From the IMG/VR virus record IMGVR_UViG_3300009129_001283, positions 357 to 64,356 of that record: 64,000 nt of DNA; one strand, written 5' to 3'. This document shows, piece after piece, positions 19,067 to 27,956 of this stretch. The translations under genes and the position numbers were made by a program. The notes under the pieces were generated by a model that saw nothing but the letters and a program-made list of their open reading frames with translations, had not been told where the DNA came from and ran no database searches. The stretch is from a virus (taxonomy: Duplodnaviria > Caudoviricetes). The stretch's first letter is position 1; each line of letters starts with the position of its first letter.

Positions 19067-19655
19067 TAATCCCCAGGAACATATACCACTCTGCCTTTCT
19101 AAACCGCTTTGCGTAATATCTAAAAAATTTAATATCGAAGCTTAAGGGCCTTGGCCTTTTAAGCAATTTCATGTTACATTGTAACAGAGTTTTACTTCCT
19201 TTTAAGTTATTGCAGTCCCTGCAGCTTGTAGCTGCGTTCTCCCAAGTTAAGGCTCCTCCCTTTGACCTTGGAATAATGTGGTCAACTGTGGCGTGGCCTT
19301 GTGGTAATTTGACGCCGCAGTACTGACACTCATACATATCTCGAATAAAAACATTCATCTTTGTGCATGCCGGAGTTCTTACTTTTCTTTGAATATAATT
19401 TTTAAGTATTATGGTGCTTGGTATTCCAAAAACATTATTAACCGAGCGCAAGACCCGAAAGTCGATATCTCTCATTTCCGTCCTGTGTCTTGAATGTCTT
19501 AACCATTCGTTTAAAGTAAATATATTGTAGTCACTGTCTATAACGTTTGCGGCTTCTCTAAACACAAGATAAATGGCCCCGCGCACGTTTGTTATTCTTA
19601 TGGGGCGGAAATTCTTATCTAATACTAATACCTTCTCATTGAGAATTAAAGGCAT
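19047..19655 (-). CDS. HNH endonuclease (McrA-like)
   Basis: VFIRDMYECQYCG, TVDHIIPRSKGG, TWEN...CRDCNNLKG; start set at MPLILNEKVLVL. Confidence 0.9.
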   Translation of the reverse strand: MPLILNEKVLVLDKNFRPIRITNVRGAIYLVFREAANVIDSDYNIFTLNEWLRHSRHRTEMRDIDFRVLRSVNNVFGIPSTIILKNYIQRKVRTPACTKMNVFIRDMYECQYCGVKLPQGHATVDHIIPRSKGGALTWENAATSCRDCNNLKGSKTLLQCNMKLLKRPRPLSFDIKFFRYYAKRFRKAEWYMFLGINDGNFL

Positions 19656-19715
19656 GGTAGCATCCTCAGCAAACTCCCTCCTACGGGCGTAGTGCCGTCG
19701 CGAGGACACCACCAC
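19654..19715 (-). promoter_or_regulatory. RNA hairpin occluding the HNH RBS and start codon
   Basis: GUGGUGGUGUCCUCG pairs over 15 nt with UGAGGAUGCUACCAU (five G-U pairs). Confidence 0.6.
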
Positions 19716-19743
19716 ATTAATAAATATATCTTAAGTTATCTTT

Positions 19744-22700
19744 TTATCCGCAATGATAGGTGCAAGTTATCAGCTTTGTCGAAGAGTCTTCATTTTCCCA
19801 TATAACTGCTTCTGATGCTTTTGCAACAGTATGGCCGTGAAGTAAGTCGTCGTCCTGCTTCATGCCGTGACCTTCCGTGTTAGATGAGCAGATATAATCT
19901 CCTATTTCGATATCTCCGCCTTCGGAACAAACCAGGATGTGCCCATCGCCCAAACAGAAAATGCTATGCATGTCTCTCTCTTCTTCTTCTGGTACATCTC
20001 TCATATGAGTGTTATATACACCGAGAACTGCTTTTTCTTGAGAGATGGTGGAAGTGGAAACCCAATATTGTACCGATTTCATTTTAGGTGAAGAAGTTCT
20101 ATCTATCTTTATAATTGTGCCATACTCCATATCCAAGATTGAGTTGTCGGTAAACCTAACGTAGTGATCTCCCGTGAAAGCTCCATATGAAACTGTTCCG
20201 CCGCTGAACGAGATGTGCCCTACATTCCCGCCATCGCCATCTTTGAATTGTATGGCAGTATTGGTGCCATCACCATCATCGGAACCATTCTGAATTGCGA
20301 TACCATGTCTATTAGAGCTATTTCCGTCATTTTGGAAAAACGCACAGAAGTTGCTGGCTCGATTATCATAAACCCTGAGTCTCCAACTGGCGTCGGAATG
20401 CCCTATGCCAACTCCGGTGTCGTTTATCGTCAATCCATTTGCCATTGCGTCCCTGTTGATTCGAAGAACATTGGTGTCATCCAAGCTATCGTTTCTCATC
20501 CCAAGGTCTACAGCCCCATTGCCTCTGCTACTTGCTGCATCCCCATCATAGTTGATAAAGAAACCATACTTCATTCTCTTATCAGAATCTCCGTCCTCAA
20601 ACATCTCGATTCTAGAAGAATGATTAGACGCGTCCTCGTCTGCGCCACCGAGACGTAAAGTAACTCCGTCCGGGTCGTCTACTGAGATGTCTCCGTCATG
20701 TTTTATTGTCAGCATTGCGGCGGGACTTACTTCGTTAATTCCCACTCGACCACCCTTAATATTTAAGGTGTCATCATTACCAGCAGTAGCAATTGATAGA
20801 TTCTCAGTGCCACCATCCCAGCCTATCCAGCCTCTTTTACTATTGTCTTCCCCGAATCCGAGATATGCACTGTTTCCTGAACCGGCGTCTATGGTGACTC
20901 GCTTAATCGTGGAAGAGTCTGATAAGCCAAGGTTGCCTCCCACGGCGAGAGTGGTTGTGCTAGTTGTAGTGGCAGACAAACTCATGTTTCTCGTAGCAAG
21001 AATATCTGTACTGGGATTATATTGAAGATTTGCGTCGGTATGCAATGCTTGGTTTCCATTAGTGTTACTGTCAACATAGGTTATGTAATGAGTAGTATTG
21101 CCTGTGTCGGTTGTTGTTGCAACGTTCGTGGTATTTGTTGCTGTGGTCGCACTTGTTGCATTGGTGGCGTTCGTTACAGTAACTCCCGCGATGTGAGTGT
21201 CGAGAGCAGTACCGTTCACAGTAATGGCATCTGCCTCCAGTGTTCCGTCAATATCTACATCTCCGGAAATATCTAAATTAGCAGCAGCAACATCCTTGAA
21301 TGTTTTGTCTGCCCATGCAGCTGCAATATCTGTCCCGTTGGAACTCACAGAACTGGACCATGACTGCCCACTATTGATAACCCAGCTGGCATCAACAACT
21401 CCTGTTGACCACGCTCCCGGATCATTGTTGTCTACACCACCAAGTATTGATACAAAACAATCTTTATAATTGATTTTGCTTTTGATCCATAAATCAGCTG
21501 CGTCCTGGCCAACTGTCAAAATAAGATCGGTGCTCGGATCAAACCCTCCCAAAGTAGTGCCGTTGATCGGTTCGACCGAAACCCTCGTTCCGAGGGAATA
21601 ATAATATGGACTGGAATTAAAGTATGTGTATTTAACACTTATAATAAAAGTAGCATCCTGATCATAGTTCCCGTGGTATTCAAACCCAGTAATGGTTAAT
21701 AAGAATGTGGTTTCAGCCGTGTTATATCTATCCATCCCAGTTGGGGCAGAGGCAAATTTAATAAATTGATTTGTAGAGGTGGTATAACTTGAGTTCACCT
21801 TCACAGTCGGAGAGTATTTATTTCCTTTATGAAATTTTATATACCCGTCATCCTCAATGGTGATTGCGTCATCACCATCGGTATATGCTATCTTGGCAGT
21901 CTGAACTTCTCCACCAACATTCAAATTATCTGAACTAATAGTTACATTTGCTTCTGCGGTTAATGTCCCATCTCCGTCCGAAGTTAGAACCCTGTTTGCT
22001 CCATCGTTGCTTATAACCTCCGTAAGATCTAATGACAAGCTAGTTGCAGTAGAATCAAGTCCTGAGTTGAGAGTAACTTCAGTTAAGTCTAGGGAAATGG
22101 CGGGGGTTGTTGTTCCGTTGGATACATCCAGCCCAGTACCAACCGTAACATTCGTTACTGTTCCTGCAGTTGTCGTAAAGCCGGAGTCATTATTAAAACC
22201 AGATATGTTAATATTTCCGGGAGTAATTCTTTTAAAAGCACCACCGTCATTAATTAAAATATGATCCACGTCGGAGTTGCTAGTAGTGAGACTAGCGCCA
22301 TCAGCATCAACAGCAACATCATCTGCGTTGACAGTAATGCCCGTTCCAGCACCAACTGCTAAAGTCTTGGTGGATGATATGTCACCACCGCCAGTCAAGC
22401 CACTCCCCGCAGTTACGCTAACGGTACTGTGGTCTATATGCTCATTCGCAACAAAACCAGAAAGGTTATCGTGGACAATTTGGGAATCATTAGTTTGAAC
22501 ATCATCCGCATTAACAGTAATGCCCGTACCAGCGATAACATTTAGGGTTGCTGCACCCTCAGTTGCACCTCCAGTTAGACCACTACCCGCAACAACAGAA
22601 GTTATGTCAGCGTCGATGGTGCTTGTAAGGTTTGAAACGGTTACTTTTTTTGTAGAGTTATCGGTGATGTCCTGCACCACGATGAAATCACCGCTAGCAG

Positions 22701-22986
22701 GCGCTGTGCCCAACGCTGTTAGCTCGCTGGCGTCAAGGGCTAGCGATATATCACCCGACACCCCGCCACCGGAGAGGCCCACACCGGCGCTCACAGAGGC
22801 AATATCACCTTCCTCGCCAGTGGTGTGAAAGTCAAAAAGCTCAGACTCTTCGCCGGATGAGTTTTGAAAAACTTTTAATTTGTCATCATCATCGACACGA
22901 ATGTCAAAATATGTTTTTTTGCTTCGGGCCTTATTGAGAATTTTGAGGGTTTCAGACCAAAGGTTGCTTAGTTTGTTTGCAGGCAT
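19744..22986 (-). CDS. tail fibre / receptor-binding-like protein
   Basis: Repeated ITSVxAGxGLTGG units, G/T/S/D-rich, GRVGINEVSP motif; start set at MPANKL. Confidence 0.75.
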   Translation of the reverse strand: MPANKLSNLWSETLKILNKARSKKTYFDIRVDDDDKLKVFQNSSGEESELFDFHTTGEEGDIASVSAGVGLSGGGVSGDISLALDASELTALGTAPASGDFIVVQDITDNSTKKVTVSNLTSTIDADITSVVAGSGLTGGATEGAATLNVIAGTGITVNADDVQTNDSQIVHDNLSGFVANEHIDHSTVSVTAGSGLTGGGDISSTKTLAVGAGTGITVNADDVAVDADGASLTTSNSDVDHILINDGGAFKRITPGNINISGFNNDSGFTTTAGTVTNVTVGTGLDVSNGTTTPAISLDLTEVTLNSGLDSTATSLSLDLTEVISNDGANRVLTSDGDGTLTAEANVTISSDNLNVGGEVQTAKIAYTDGDDAITIEDDGYIKFHKGNKYSPTVKVNSSYTTSTNQFIKFASAPTGMDRYNTAETTFLLTITGFEYHGNYDQDATFIISVKYTYFNSSPYYYSLGTRVSVEPINGTTLGGFDPSTDLILTVGQDAADLWIKSKINYKDCFVSILGGVDNNDPGAWSTGVVDASWVINSGQSWSSSVSSNGTDIAAAWADKTFKDVAAANLDISGDVDIDGTLEADAITVNGTALDTHIAGVTVTNATNATSATTATNTTNVATTTDTGNTTHYITYVDSNTNGNQALHTDANLQYNPSTDILATRNMSLSATTTSTTTLAVGGNLGLSDSSTIKRVTIDAGSGNSAYLGFGEDNSKRGWIGWDGGTENLSIATAGNDDTLNIKGGRVGINEVSPAAMLTIKHDGDISVDDPDGVTLRLGGADEDASNHSSRIEMFEDGDSDKRMKYGFFINYDGDAASSRGNGAVDLGMRNDSLDDTNVLRINRDAMANGLTINDTGVGIGHSDASWRLRVYDNRASNFCAFFQNDGNSSNRHGIAIQNGSDDGDGTNTAIQFKDGDGGNVGHISFSGGTVSYGAFTGDHYVRFTDNSILDMEYGTIIKIDRTSSPKMKSVQYWVSTSTISQEKAVLGVYNTHMRDVPEEEERDMHSIFCLGDGHILVCSEGGDIEIGDYICSSNTEGHGMKQDDDLLHGHTVAKASEAVIWENEDSSTKLITCTYHCG

Positions 22987-23003
22987 AAAAAACTCCGTCC
23001 CAG

Positions 23004-23010
23004 TAAATAG
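23004..23010 (-). promoter_or_regulatory. putative late-promoter motif CTATTTA
   Basis: Upstream of the tail-fibre SD (GGAG) and ATG. Confidence 0.55.
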
Positions 23011-23116
23011 TGAGGAACGGAGCATTTAATGTTATAACGACCGCGAAGCGCCGATTTTTTTGCGAATTTTTTTGCGGTAAATTTTTTACACTCTATTGCA
23101 TAGGGCATAGAAAAGC

Positions 23117-23332
23117 TTAAACTACGCCTTTTCCATACTTCTTTCGCAAGTAAGCCTTAATTTCTTCCGGACTAGAGGCTGTCATAATGGGCCTTTCCTC
23201 GTTGTGGAGCAAATAAAGCTCCTTGCCGTCCTTTTTCCCCATAGTAACATGCAAATTTAGGCCATTTCTCTTAATAGAAAACACTTCTCTTACTTCATCC
23301 CACATATCTAACTCCAAAATAAACTCAATCAT
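23117..23332 (-). CDS. hypothetical
   Basis: Start set at MIEFIL, coupled to the upstream gene. Confidence 0.55.
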   Translation of the reverse strand: MIEFILELDMWDEVREVFSIKRNGLNLHVTMGKKDGKELYLLHNEERPIMTASSPEEIKAYLRKKYGKGVV

Positions 23333-23525
23333 TCTCTTCTTGTTCCGGAATTTCCAGAGTACCAGCGAATTGCGCCCTTTCAGAAACTTTTGCGGTGCCA
23401 TCAATAAGACTTTCGAGATCATATCCAAGATTTTCCAAAGTCTCTTGAAGGACTTCCGCCTTTTTCTTTGCTTTGCGTTTAATACGCTCTTCTCTTTTAG
23501 TAAACTTCTTCATCATCTTTCCCAT
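23325..23525 (-). CDS. hypothetical basic protein
   Basis: GGAG SD. Confidence 0.6.
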   Translation of the reverse strand: MGKMMKKFTKREERIKRKAKKKAEVLQETLENLGYDLESLIDGTAKVSERAQFAGTLEIPEQEEND

Positions 23526-23533
23526 GTTTTCTC

Positions 23534-23845
23534 CTATGGTTGTAAATATGGGGAAACGAGTTCTATTTCCTCATCAAAAAATTCTTCTTTATGCCCATTG
23601 TGCAAAAGCACGAGATATAATGGAACATACTCGAACGGTTCATGGGGTTTCTTATACATTTCGGGATGCTCCTTGTATAATTCGGTATCATAATACTTTT
23701 CATTATAAAAGGGCGACTCTATCTCAGATCCCACATGCACCACTATCCCAACGCGATAGTAAATGTCCTTGTCAACAAATACAGGTTCCTTTACTTTTAC
23801 CAGATCCCCTCTCATATATAAAGGCTTCCTCTTAGCTTTTTCCAT
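23534..23845 (-). CDS. GDLV-type small protein
   Basis: MRGDLVKV...VGIVV. Confidence 0.65.
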   Translation of the reverse strand: MEKAKRKPLYMRGDLVKVKEPVFVDKDIYYRVGIVVHVGSEIESPFYNEKYYDTELYKEHPEMYKKPHEPFEYVPLYLVLLHNGHKEEFFDEEIELVSPYLQP

Positions 23846-23853
23846 GACCTATT

Positions 23854-23882
23854 AATATAACACAGCGTTATACAAAAGTCAA
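23854..23882 (-). promoter_or_regulatory. sigma70-type promoter
   Basis: TTGACT-N17-TATATT. Confidence 0.55.
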
Positions 23883-24064
23883 GTACTTTGTAACAATGAA
23901 ACCTTATTTTCAGAATACCAAGAAGTACCCCCTGCTGTTTTTATGTACCCAATGCCTGGTTCTATGTAATACCATGTATCCTCGTATGCTGAGACTCTCA
24001 TTATCTCTCCCTCGAATATCACCTTGTTGTCCCTTACAAGTACCTTGTCACCAACCCTAAGCAT
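23879..24064 (-). CDS. GDLV-type small protein
   Basis: MLRVGDKVLV. Confidence 0.6.
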   Translation of the reverse strand: MLRVGDKVLVRDNKVIFEGEIMRVSAYEDTWYYIEPGIGYIKTAGGTSWYSENKVSLLQST

Positions 24065-24205
24065 ATACCTAGCCCTCCAATGAAAACCTCTCTACGAGGC
24101 TCCTGTTAGCTCACACAAGTATGCAAAGCACTAGTACATAGTCATAGCTATATGCTATTTAAAAAACTCAAATAATTACTAGCGAAATTTTAGCAACTAC
24201 CTGTG

Positions 24206-24580
24206 CTATGAGTCTGACTCGTCATCGTTGTAAGCCATTTCATAGACACCTTCTTCTTCATTATATCTCAAGGGTGATAGGTTGTCGTGCCCCATCCACA
24301 AATTTTGTGCACTAAGTTTCTTCATTGCACCCAAAAGACTGTCTTTTTCAAGCTGTTCTGATATATCGAACACCAAACCCTCATCAATCCAAGGTTTTAT
24401 TTTGTAATATACCTGATCTAAGCTATGGCTAGTCCAAAACAGCGATGGTTCTTCTTTTATTTCTAGTATTTCTGCAGCATAACAGTAGTCTTTAACGATC
24501 TGACTTGTTGGCCAACGGTTTACCAACACAAGATCACCAACTCTATACATCCCTTTTATCCTTCTCATTGGTTTCCCCAT
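24206..24580 (-). CDS. GDLV-type protein
   Basis: YRVGDLVLV. Confidence 0.6.
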   Translation of the reverse strand: MGKPMRRIKGMYRVGDLVLVNRWPTSQIVKDYCYAAEILEIKEEPSLFWTSHSLDQVYYKIKPWIDEGLVFDISEQLEKDSLLGAMKKLSAQNLWMGHDNLSPLRYNEEEGVYEMAYNDDESDS

Positions 24581-24782
24581 CCCAATTATCCATGTATTGG
24601 TAAATAGGGGCCAACTTTAGTCTGTGCTCTGGTATCCAAAGGGTTTTTTCTGCGGTCAACTCTGGGTATATTTGGTAAAATGCCTCGCCATCACGCTCAA
24701 TTACGTCAAGAATGACGCCTTTGTAGCTCATGTTCGGTGCTTTACGGTACACAACCACTTCTGTACCTATGTTAAAGCTCAT
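24543..24782 (-). CDS. GDLV-type small protein
   Basis: FNIGTEVVV...GVIL...WIPEHRL. Confidence 0.6.
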   Translation of the reverse strand: MSFNIGTEVVVYRKAPNMSYKGVILDVIERDGEAFYQIYPELTAEKTLWIPEHRLKLAPIYQYMDNWDGETNEKDKRDV

Positions 24783-24939
24783 ACTGGCTCCACTCTTCTT
24801 TGAATACCCATCGTCTTACACCCGTCTCGTTGTTCATCATAAGTGCACAGCTTCGTTTCCAAGCATCGTCAAAGTACAAGTCCAATACGAGCCACGATGT
24901 CTCATCCATTCTTCTTGTTAGTAAGTCACCTTTTTTCAT
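24772..24939 (-). CDS. GDLV-type small protein (55 aa, not in ORF track)
   Basis: Manual translation MKKGDLLTRRMDETSWLVLD...; AAGGAG SD. Confidence 0.6.
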   Translation of the reverse strand: MKKGDLLTRRMDETSWLVLDLYFDDAWKRSCALMMNNETGVRRWVFKEEWSQYEL

Positions 24940-24954
24940 GCTGTCTCCTTAATT

Positions 24955-25075
24955 CTCAAAAATTGGGCCGTGTGTTACGAACGGCCTTAGCTTGCTCTGC
25001 ACCCCCCTAGTATCTACTAGTACCTACTCTCCGGGTACCCACCCCCCACGGGGGGGTAGGGGTAGGGGGTAGCAT
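24955..25075. other. structured G/C-run non-coding element
   Basis: GGCCGT/ACGGCC hairpin, CTAGTA-TC-TACTAG palindrome, C6/G7 hairpin, G7-G4-G5 runs. Confidence 0.6.
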
Positions 25076-25077
25076 GC

Positions 25078-25356
25078 TTAGAACACCTCGTCACGCTTGC
25101 CCATTTGATATGTTAATGGCCTAAACCAATGCCTACCTTTGCATAGGTTAGGGTGCTGCCTCTTGCATGCCTCGTAAGGATCTTCTTTGGTGTTGTCGAG
25201 GTGGCATACAACGTGCACAGCGTTGCATAGGTCGGGATACACGCTACCACGCTTGGTGTCGAACTTGTATGGCGCAAGGATGGCAGTGAACTCGCATAGC
25301 ATTGCTTTGATGGCACCGCGCTTTAACTTCTTGCTCTTGTTACTTTTTCTAGCCAT
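25078..25356 (-). CDS. hypothetical basic Cys/His protein
   Basis: AGGAG SD; directly downstream of a promoter. Confidence 0.6.
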   Translation of the reverse strand: MARKSNKSKKLKRGAIKAMLCEFTAILAPYKFDTKRGSVYPDLCNAVHVVCHLDNTKEDPYEACKRQHPNLCKGRHWFRPLTYQMGKRDEVF

Positions 25357-25387
25357 TGTGATCTCCTAAATGAAATACTTGCCTACC

Positions 25388-25416
25388 ATTATACCAAGAA
25401 TGAACCAGCATGTCAA
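25388..25416 (-). promoter_or_regulatory. sigma70-type promoter
   Basis: TTGACA-N17-TATAAT. Confidence 0.8.
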
Positions 25417-25472
25417 GTCTGCTAAGTGTGCTGCTAATAGTTTTCTGTTATGTGTCTTAAATATGTTTATCA

Positions 25473-25910
25473 TTATATTGCCTCTCTTACATATGTCATC
25501 ACCCATCTGGATGCATAGTTGTTATAGTCTTCTTCGTTTATATTTATTTTTAATCTACCCGCCAACTTTAGCCCGCGCTTCCATGCGTCTAACTCCTCTG
25601 CAATAACTTCGCACTTGACGGCGTTCCTTCGCTTGTTGACCTTAGCCTTTTTAAAACGCATGGCGGCAAGGTTCGGGAACTTGTCTTTGTAACCCTTGCT
25701 ATTGTATGCAAGCGCATGTCCACATTCGTGAAGCAGGGAATAGATCTGGTTCTTCTTGCTCTTGATCTTTGTGTTATAGACAATATGCTTCTCCTCGTGA
25801 ATGTAAGCATCCATGCCGTAACCACGACATATCTCGTAGCCACCTCTGAATGCCCATGCTTCTAGCTTACATAAAGCTGTGGTGTATTCTTTGTTATTCA
25901 TACTTAACAA
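25473..25910 (-). CDS. HExxH metallopeptidase-like protein
   Basis: SLLHECGH...EELDAW. Confidence 0.65.
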   Translation of the reverse strand: MLSMNNKEYTTALCKLEAWAFRGGYEICRGYGMDAYIHEEKHIVYNTKIKSKKNQIYSLLHECGHALAYNSKGYKDKFPNLAAMRFKKAKVNKRRNAVKCEVIAEELDAWKRGLKLAGRLKININEEDYNNYASRWVMTYVREAI

Positions 25911-25934
25911 ATGCCTTCTTTTGTGTTATAATTA

Positions 25935-26156
25935 TTATAGTTTTGTACCCGGCAAAACTGGTTGTTCAGTCTCGGCATCGTATATGATCACAGGCAAGTC
26001 TTGTGACCTTAACTTTAATTCTAATGCTTTACGCGCATCGTCTAGATCGTCAAAGATGGCTACCGTGGTTTGCCCAAAGTGTGGGCTGATGGTTCTTAAC
26101 TCGTATCGAGAGAAGGTTACGTTTGGGTATTTTTGTGAATATAGTTTGTCAGTCAT
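25935..26156 (-). CDS. hypothetical
   Basis: AGGAG SD. Confidence 0.6.
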   Translation of the reverse strand: MTDKLYSQKYPNVTFSRYELRTISPHFGQTTVAIFDDLDDARKALELKLRSQDLPVIIYDAETEQPVLPGTKL

Positions 26157-26167
26157 GTTAGCTCCTT

Positions 26168-26521
26168 TTAGCCCATGTCAAATACGGCAGATACCGCACT
26201 GTTAATTGGTTCGATGTAGCAGTTGTATTCTTCCATAAGGCGATTGGATACCTCTGTCCATGCGTTGATGTTGCTTACACCACCGTAGTTTGGCATTTCG
26301 CCTTCATGATAGATGATGCTCACGCCATCTGGAGCCCATTGACCAGGATCTTCTTCGGCCAAAACGACACTCTCTGCAATAACTGTATCTGCTTTGGTTG
26401 CGTAGATATGGTTTCTTGAAGGTGTTGCCAGCATATCTTTAAAGTAGTCTGCAAACACAGACACAATAGCGTATTGTACTTCTTCTGTAACTTCCATTTT
26501 TTGTTCAAGGGTCATAGTCAT
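26168..26521 (-). CDS. hypothetical
   Basis: ORF in operon. Confidence 0.6.
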   Translation of the reverse strand: MTMTLEQKMEVTEEVQYAIVSVFADYFKDMLATPSRNHIYATKADTVIAESVVLAEEDPGQWAPDGVSIIYHEGEMPNYGGVSNINAWTEVSNRLMEEYNCYIEPINSAVSAVFDMG

Positions 26522-26522
26522 T

Positions 26523-26840
26523 TTATCGTTCTCCTGCTACGGTGTTCATACGGTGTTCATTTGCTTGAAAAGTTACCCATTCGCGGCCTTCTGGAAACTC
26601 AACAGGGCCGCCGCGATCATCATAACGGTTACACATACGCTTGAACTGGTTCAAGTGTTTGGTGGTGGTTTTGGAATACCTCTCAATGCTTTCGTGAATG
26701 GTTGCGTTTCGATAGTTTACGATAAGCACAGGCTTGCCATAAGAGAAGTAAATGTCTTTATCCCAAGTGAAGTTACATTCTTCGTCTGGAATTTGTACGA
26801 TAACACGGGTTTGGTTCTTGCCAATTGGTTCTAGTTTCAT
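26523..26840 (-). CDS. phage early hypothetical (FSY-x-P...SKTTxKH family), paralog of 39090-39473
   Basis: NQT...YFSYGKPV...YSKTTTKHLN. Confidence 0.6.
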   Translation of the reverse strand: MKLEPIGKNQTRVIVQIPDEECNFTWDKDIYFSYGKPVLIVNYRNATIHESIERYSKTTTKHLNQFKRMCNRYDDRGGPVEFPEGREWVTFQANEHRMNTVAGER

Positions 26841-26843
26841 AAT

Positions 26844-26987
26844 TTACTCGCTTTCATATCCGTCAAACCAGCCATCGCCGGAGGTTGCAGGGTCATTACA
26901 GTGGGCTTGTGCTTGTTCGAGGGTTAGACCGCGCTTAATAACACGGTTGTTGCCTTTAAAACGAAAGCGGATGATCTTGTACGTCAT
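26844..26987 (-). CDS. small phage hypothetical
   Basis: MTYKIIRF...GLTLEQAQAHC...WFDGY; GAGG SD. Confidence 0.6.
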   Translation of the reverse strand: MTYKIIRFRFKGNNRVIKRGLTLEQAQAHCNDPATSGDGWFDGYESE

Positions 26988-26988
26988 A

Positions 26989-27414
26989 TTATCGCACCTC
27001 TTCTTTAACTTCAAGTGAATTGTATGAGGGATCTTCCGCACGAGTAAAGAAATAATAGCCATCCAAGCCTTGGGTGTCATAGTGACCAAAGTAAAGGGCT
27101 TCAGAGGGTTGTGGAATACGGCAACCAGCATCGGCAGGGGTATCTTTGACCATTCGTGCAAGGTCGCCAATGGTATGCTTTGCCTCGCGGTAGGTTTCTT
27201 CGAGGTATTGAATGGCTAGTTGTTTGATCTCATCTTGATCAAGGCATTTTTTGACCATATGGGTTGCTACGGTGTTTGCAACCTTGTCATAGTTGGTCTT
27301 GGTATTGGGGATCGTAAGGTATTTTGTTTTCATTGCGTATTTCCTTTGCGGTTTTGCTGCTTGTAAGTGTTTATTTTTATTCATTATTTCCGAGGCCCAC
27401 GACGACTTGCCCAT
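26989..27414 (-). CDS. hypothetical (alternative start at 27333)
   Basis: First gene after the 27476 promoter. Confidence 0.55.
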   Translation of the reverse strand: MGKSSWASEIMNKNKHLQAAKPQRKYAMKTKYLTIPNTKTNYDKVANTVATHMVKKCLDQDEIKQLAIQYLEETYREAKHTIGDLARMVKDTPADAGCRIPQPSEALYFGHYDTQGLDGYYFFTRAEDPSYNSLEVKEEVR

Positions 27415-27475
27415 TTGGTTTTCTCTCCCGCGCCTTACTTGTTCATTTCCCTGTCCCTCCGTTGAATATGGCTTA

Positions 27476-27650
27476 ATTATACACTTCTGAGCAGGGATTG
27501 CAAGGAAAAAGAATCGTTTATTTCCGGATACTTACGCAAAAAGCGACAATTGAGTGTTTTCGGGGGGTTAGGCGGCATTACGGGTACTTACGTGGATCTC
27601 CTAATCGAAGAGATCCCATCGTCATGTCGCATATGGCATAAAAACAGGCA
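27476..27650 (-). promoter_or_regulatory. duplicated regulatory module, copy 1
   Basis: TTGCAA-N16-TATAAT, three WWWCRGNNNNTTA-like sites, GGATCTC-N9-GAGATCC, CATGTCGC. Confidence 0.7.
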
Positions 27651-27768
27651 CCCGCAACCGTAATTTAGTGGCCTTGGGTGCCTATCAAGATAAGGGGGTT
27701 TGATCCTAGCCCCTATCATAGCTTGAAAGGCTCGCCGAGCGTAGGAGGGGAACAGCGACATGCCTAAC
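27623..27768 (-). ncRNA. candidate small structured RNA
   Basis: Promoter at 27775-27803; closing stem CATGTCGC/GCGACATG; internal hairpins; AGGCACCC/GGGTGCCT plus T tract. Confidence 0.4.
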
Positions 27769-27774
27769 ATAACC

Positions 27775-27803
27775 ATTATATCATGACGACGAGGACATGT
27801 TAA
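27775..27803 (-). promoter_or_regulatory. sigma70-type promoter
   Basis: TTAACA-N17-TATAAT. Confidence 0.6.
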
Positions 27804-27888
27804 GGGGTGACGAGGTTATTTGTCACTTTTTTAACGCAGTGCGTATATACTATGTAACGTGCGTGTGCTAGATACATGGCATAGTTCA

Positions 27889-27943
27889 CCACCATTTACC
27901 ACTTTATTCCACAGAATACCACTAAAGTAGCTACCCTTACCAC
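27889..27943. repeat. CCAC/GTGG array with 10-bp period
   Basis: CCAC at 27889, 27899, 27909, 27919 and 27940. Confidence 0.75.
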
Positions 27944-27956
27944 AGAGCATACAAAG

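Noticed and set aside
19654-19718. Fluoride riboswitch
   Set aside because: Only a superficial resemblance at the ends; P1 is poor, a simple long stem explains the sequence better, and the downstream gene is an HNH nuclease.
19744-22986. Diversity-generating retroelement target in the tail fibre
   Set aside because: No reverse transcriptase or template/variable repeat pair seen; the internal repeats are ordinary fibre repeats.
27904-27913. DnaA box
   Set aside because: TTATTCCACA is an imperfect single match, better explained as part of the 10-bp CCAC array.
27480-27950. CRISPR mini-array
   Set aside because: Repeats are short (4-13 nt) and degenerate, without regular 30-40 nt spacers; no cas genes seen.
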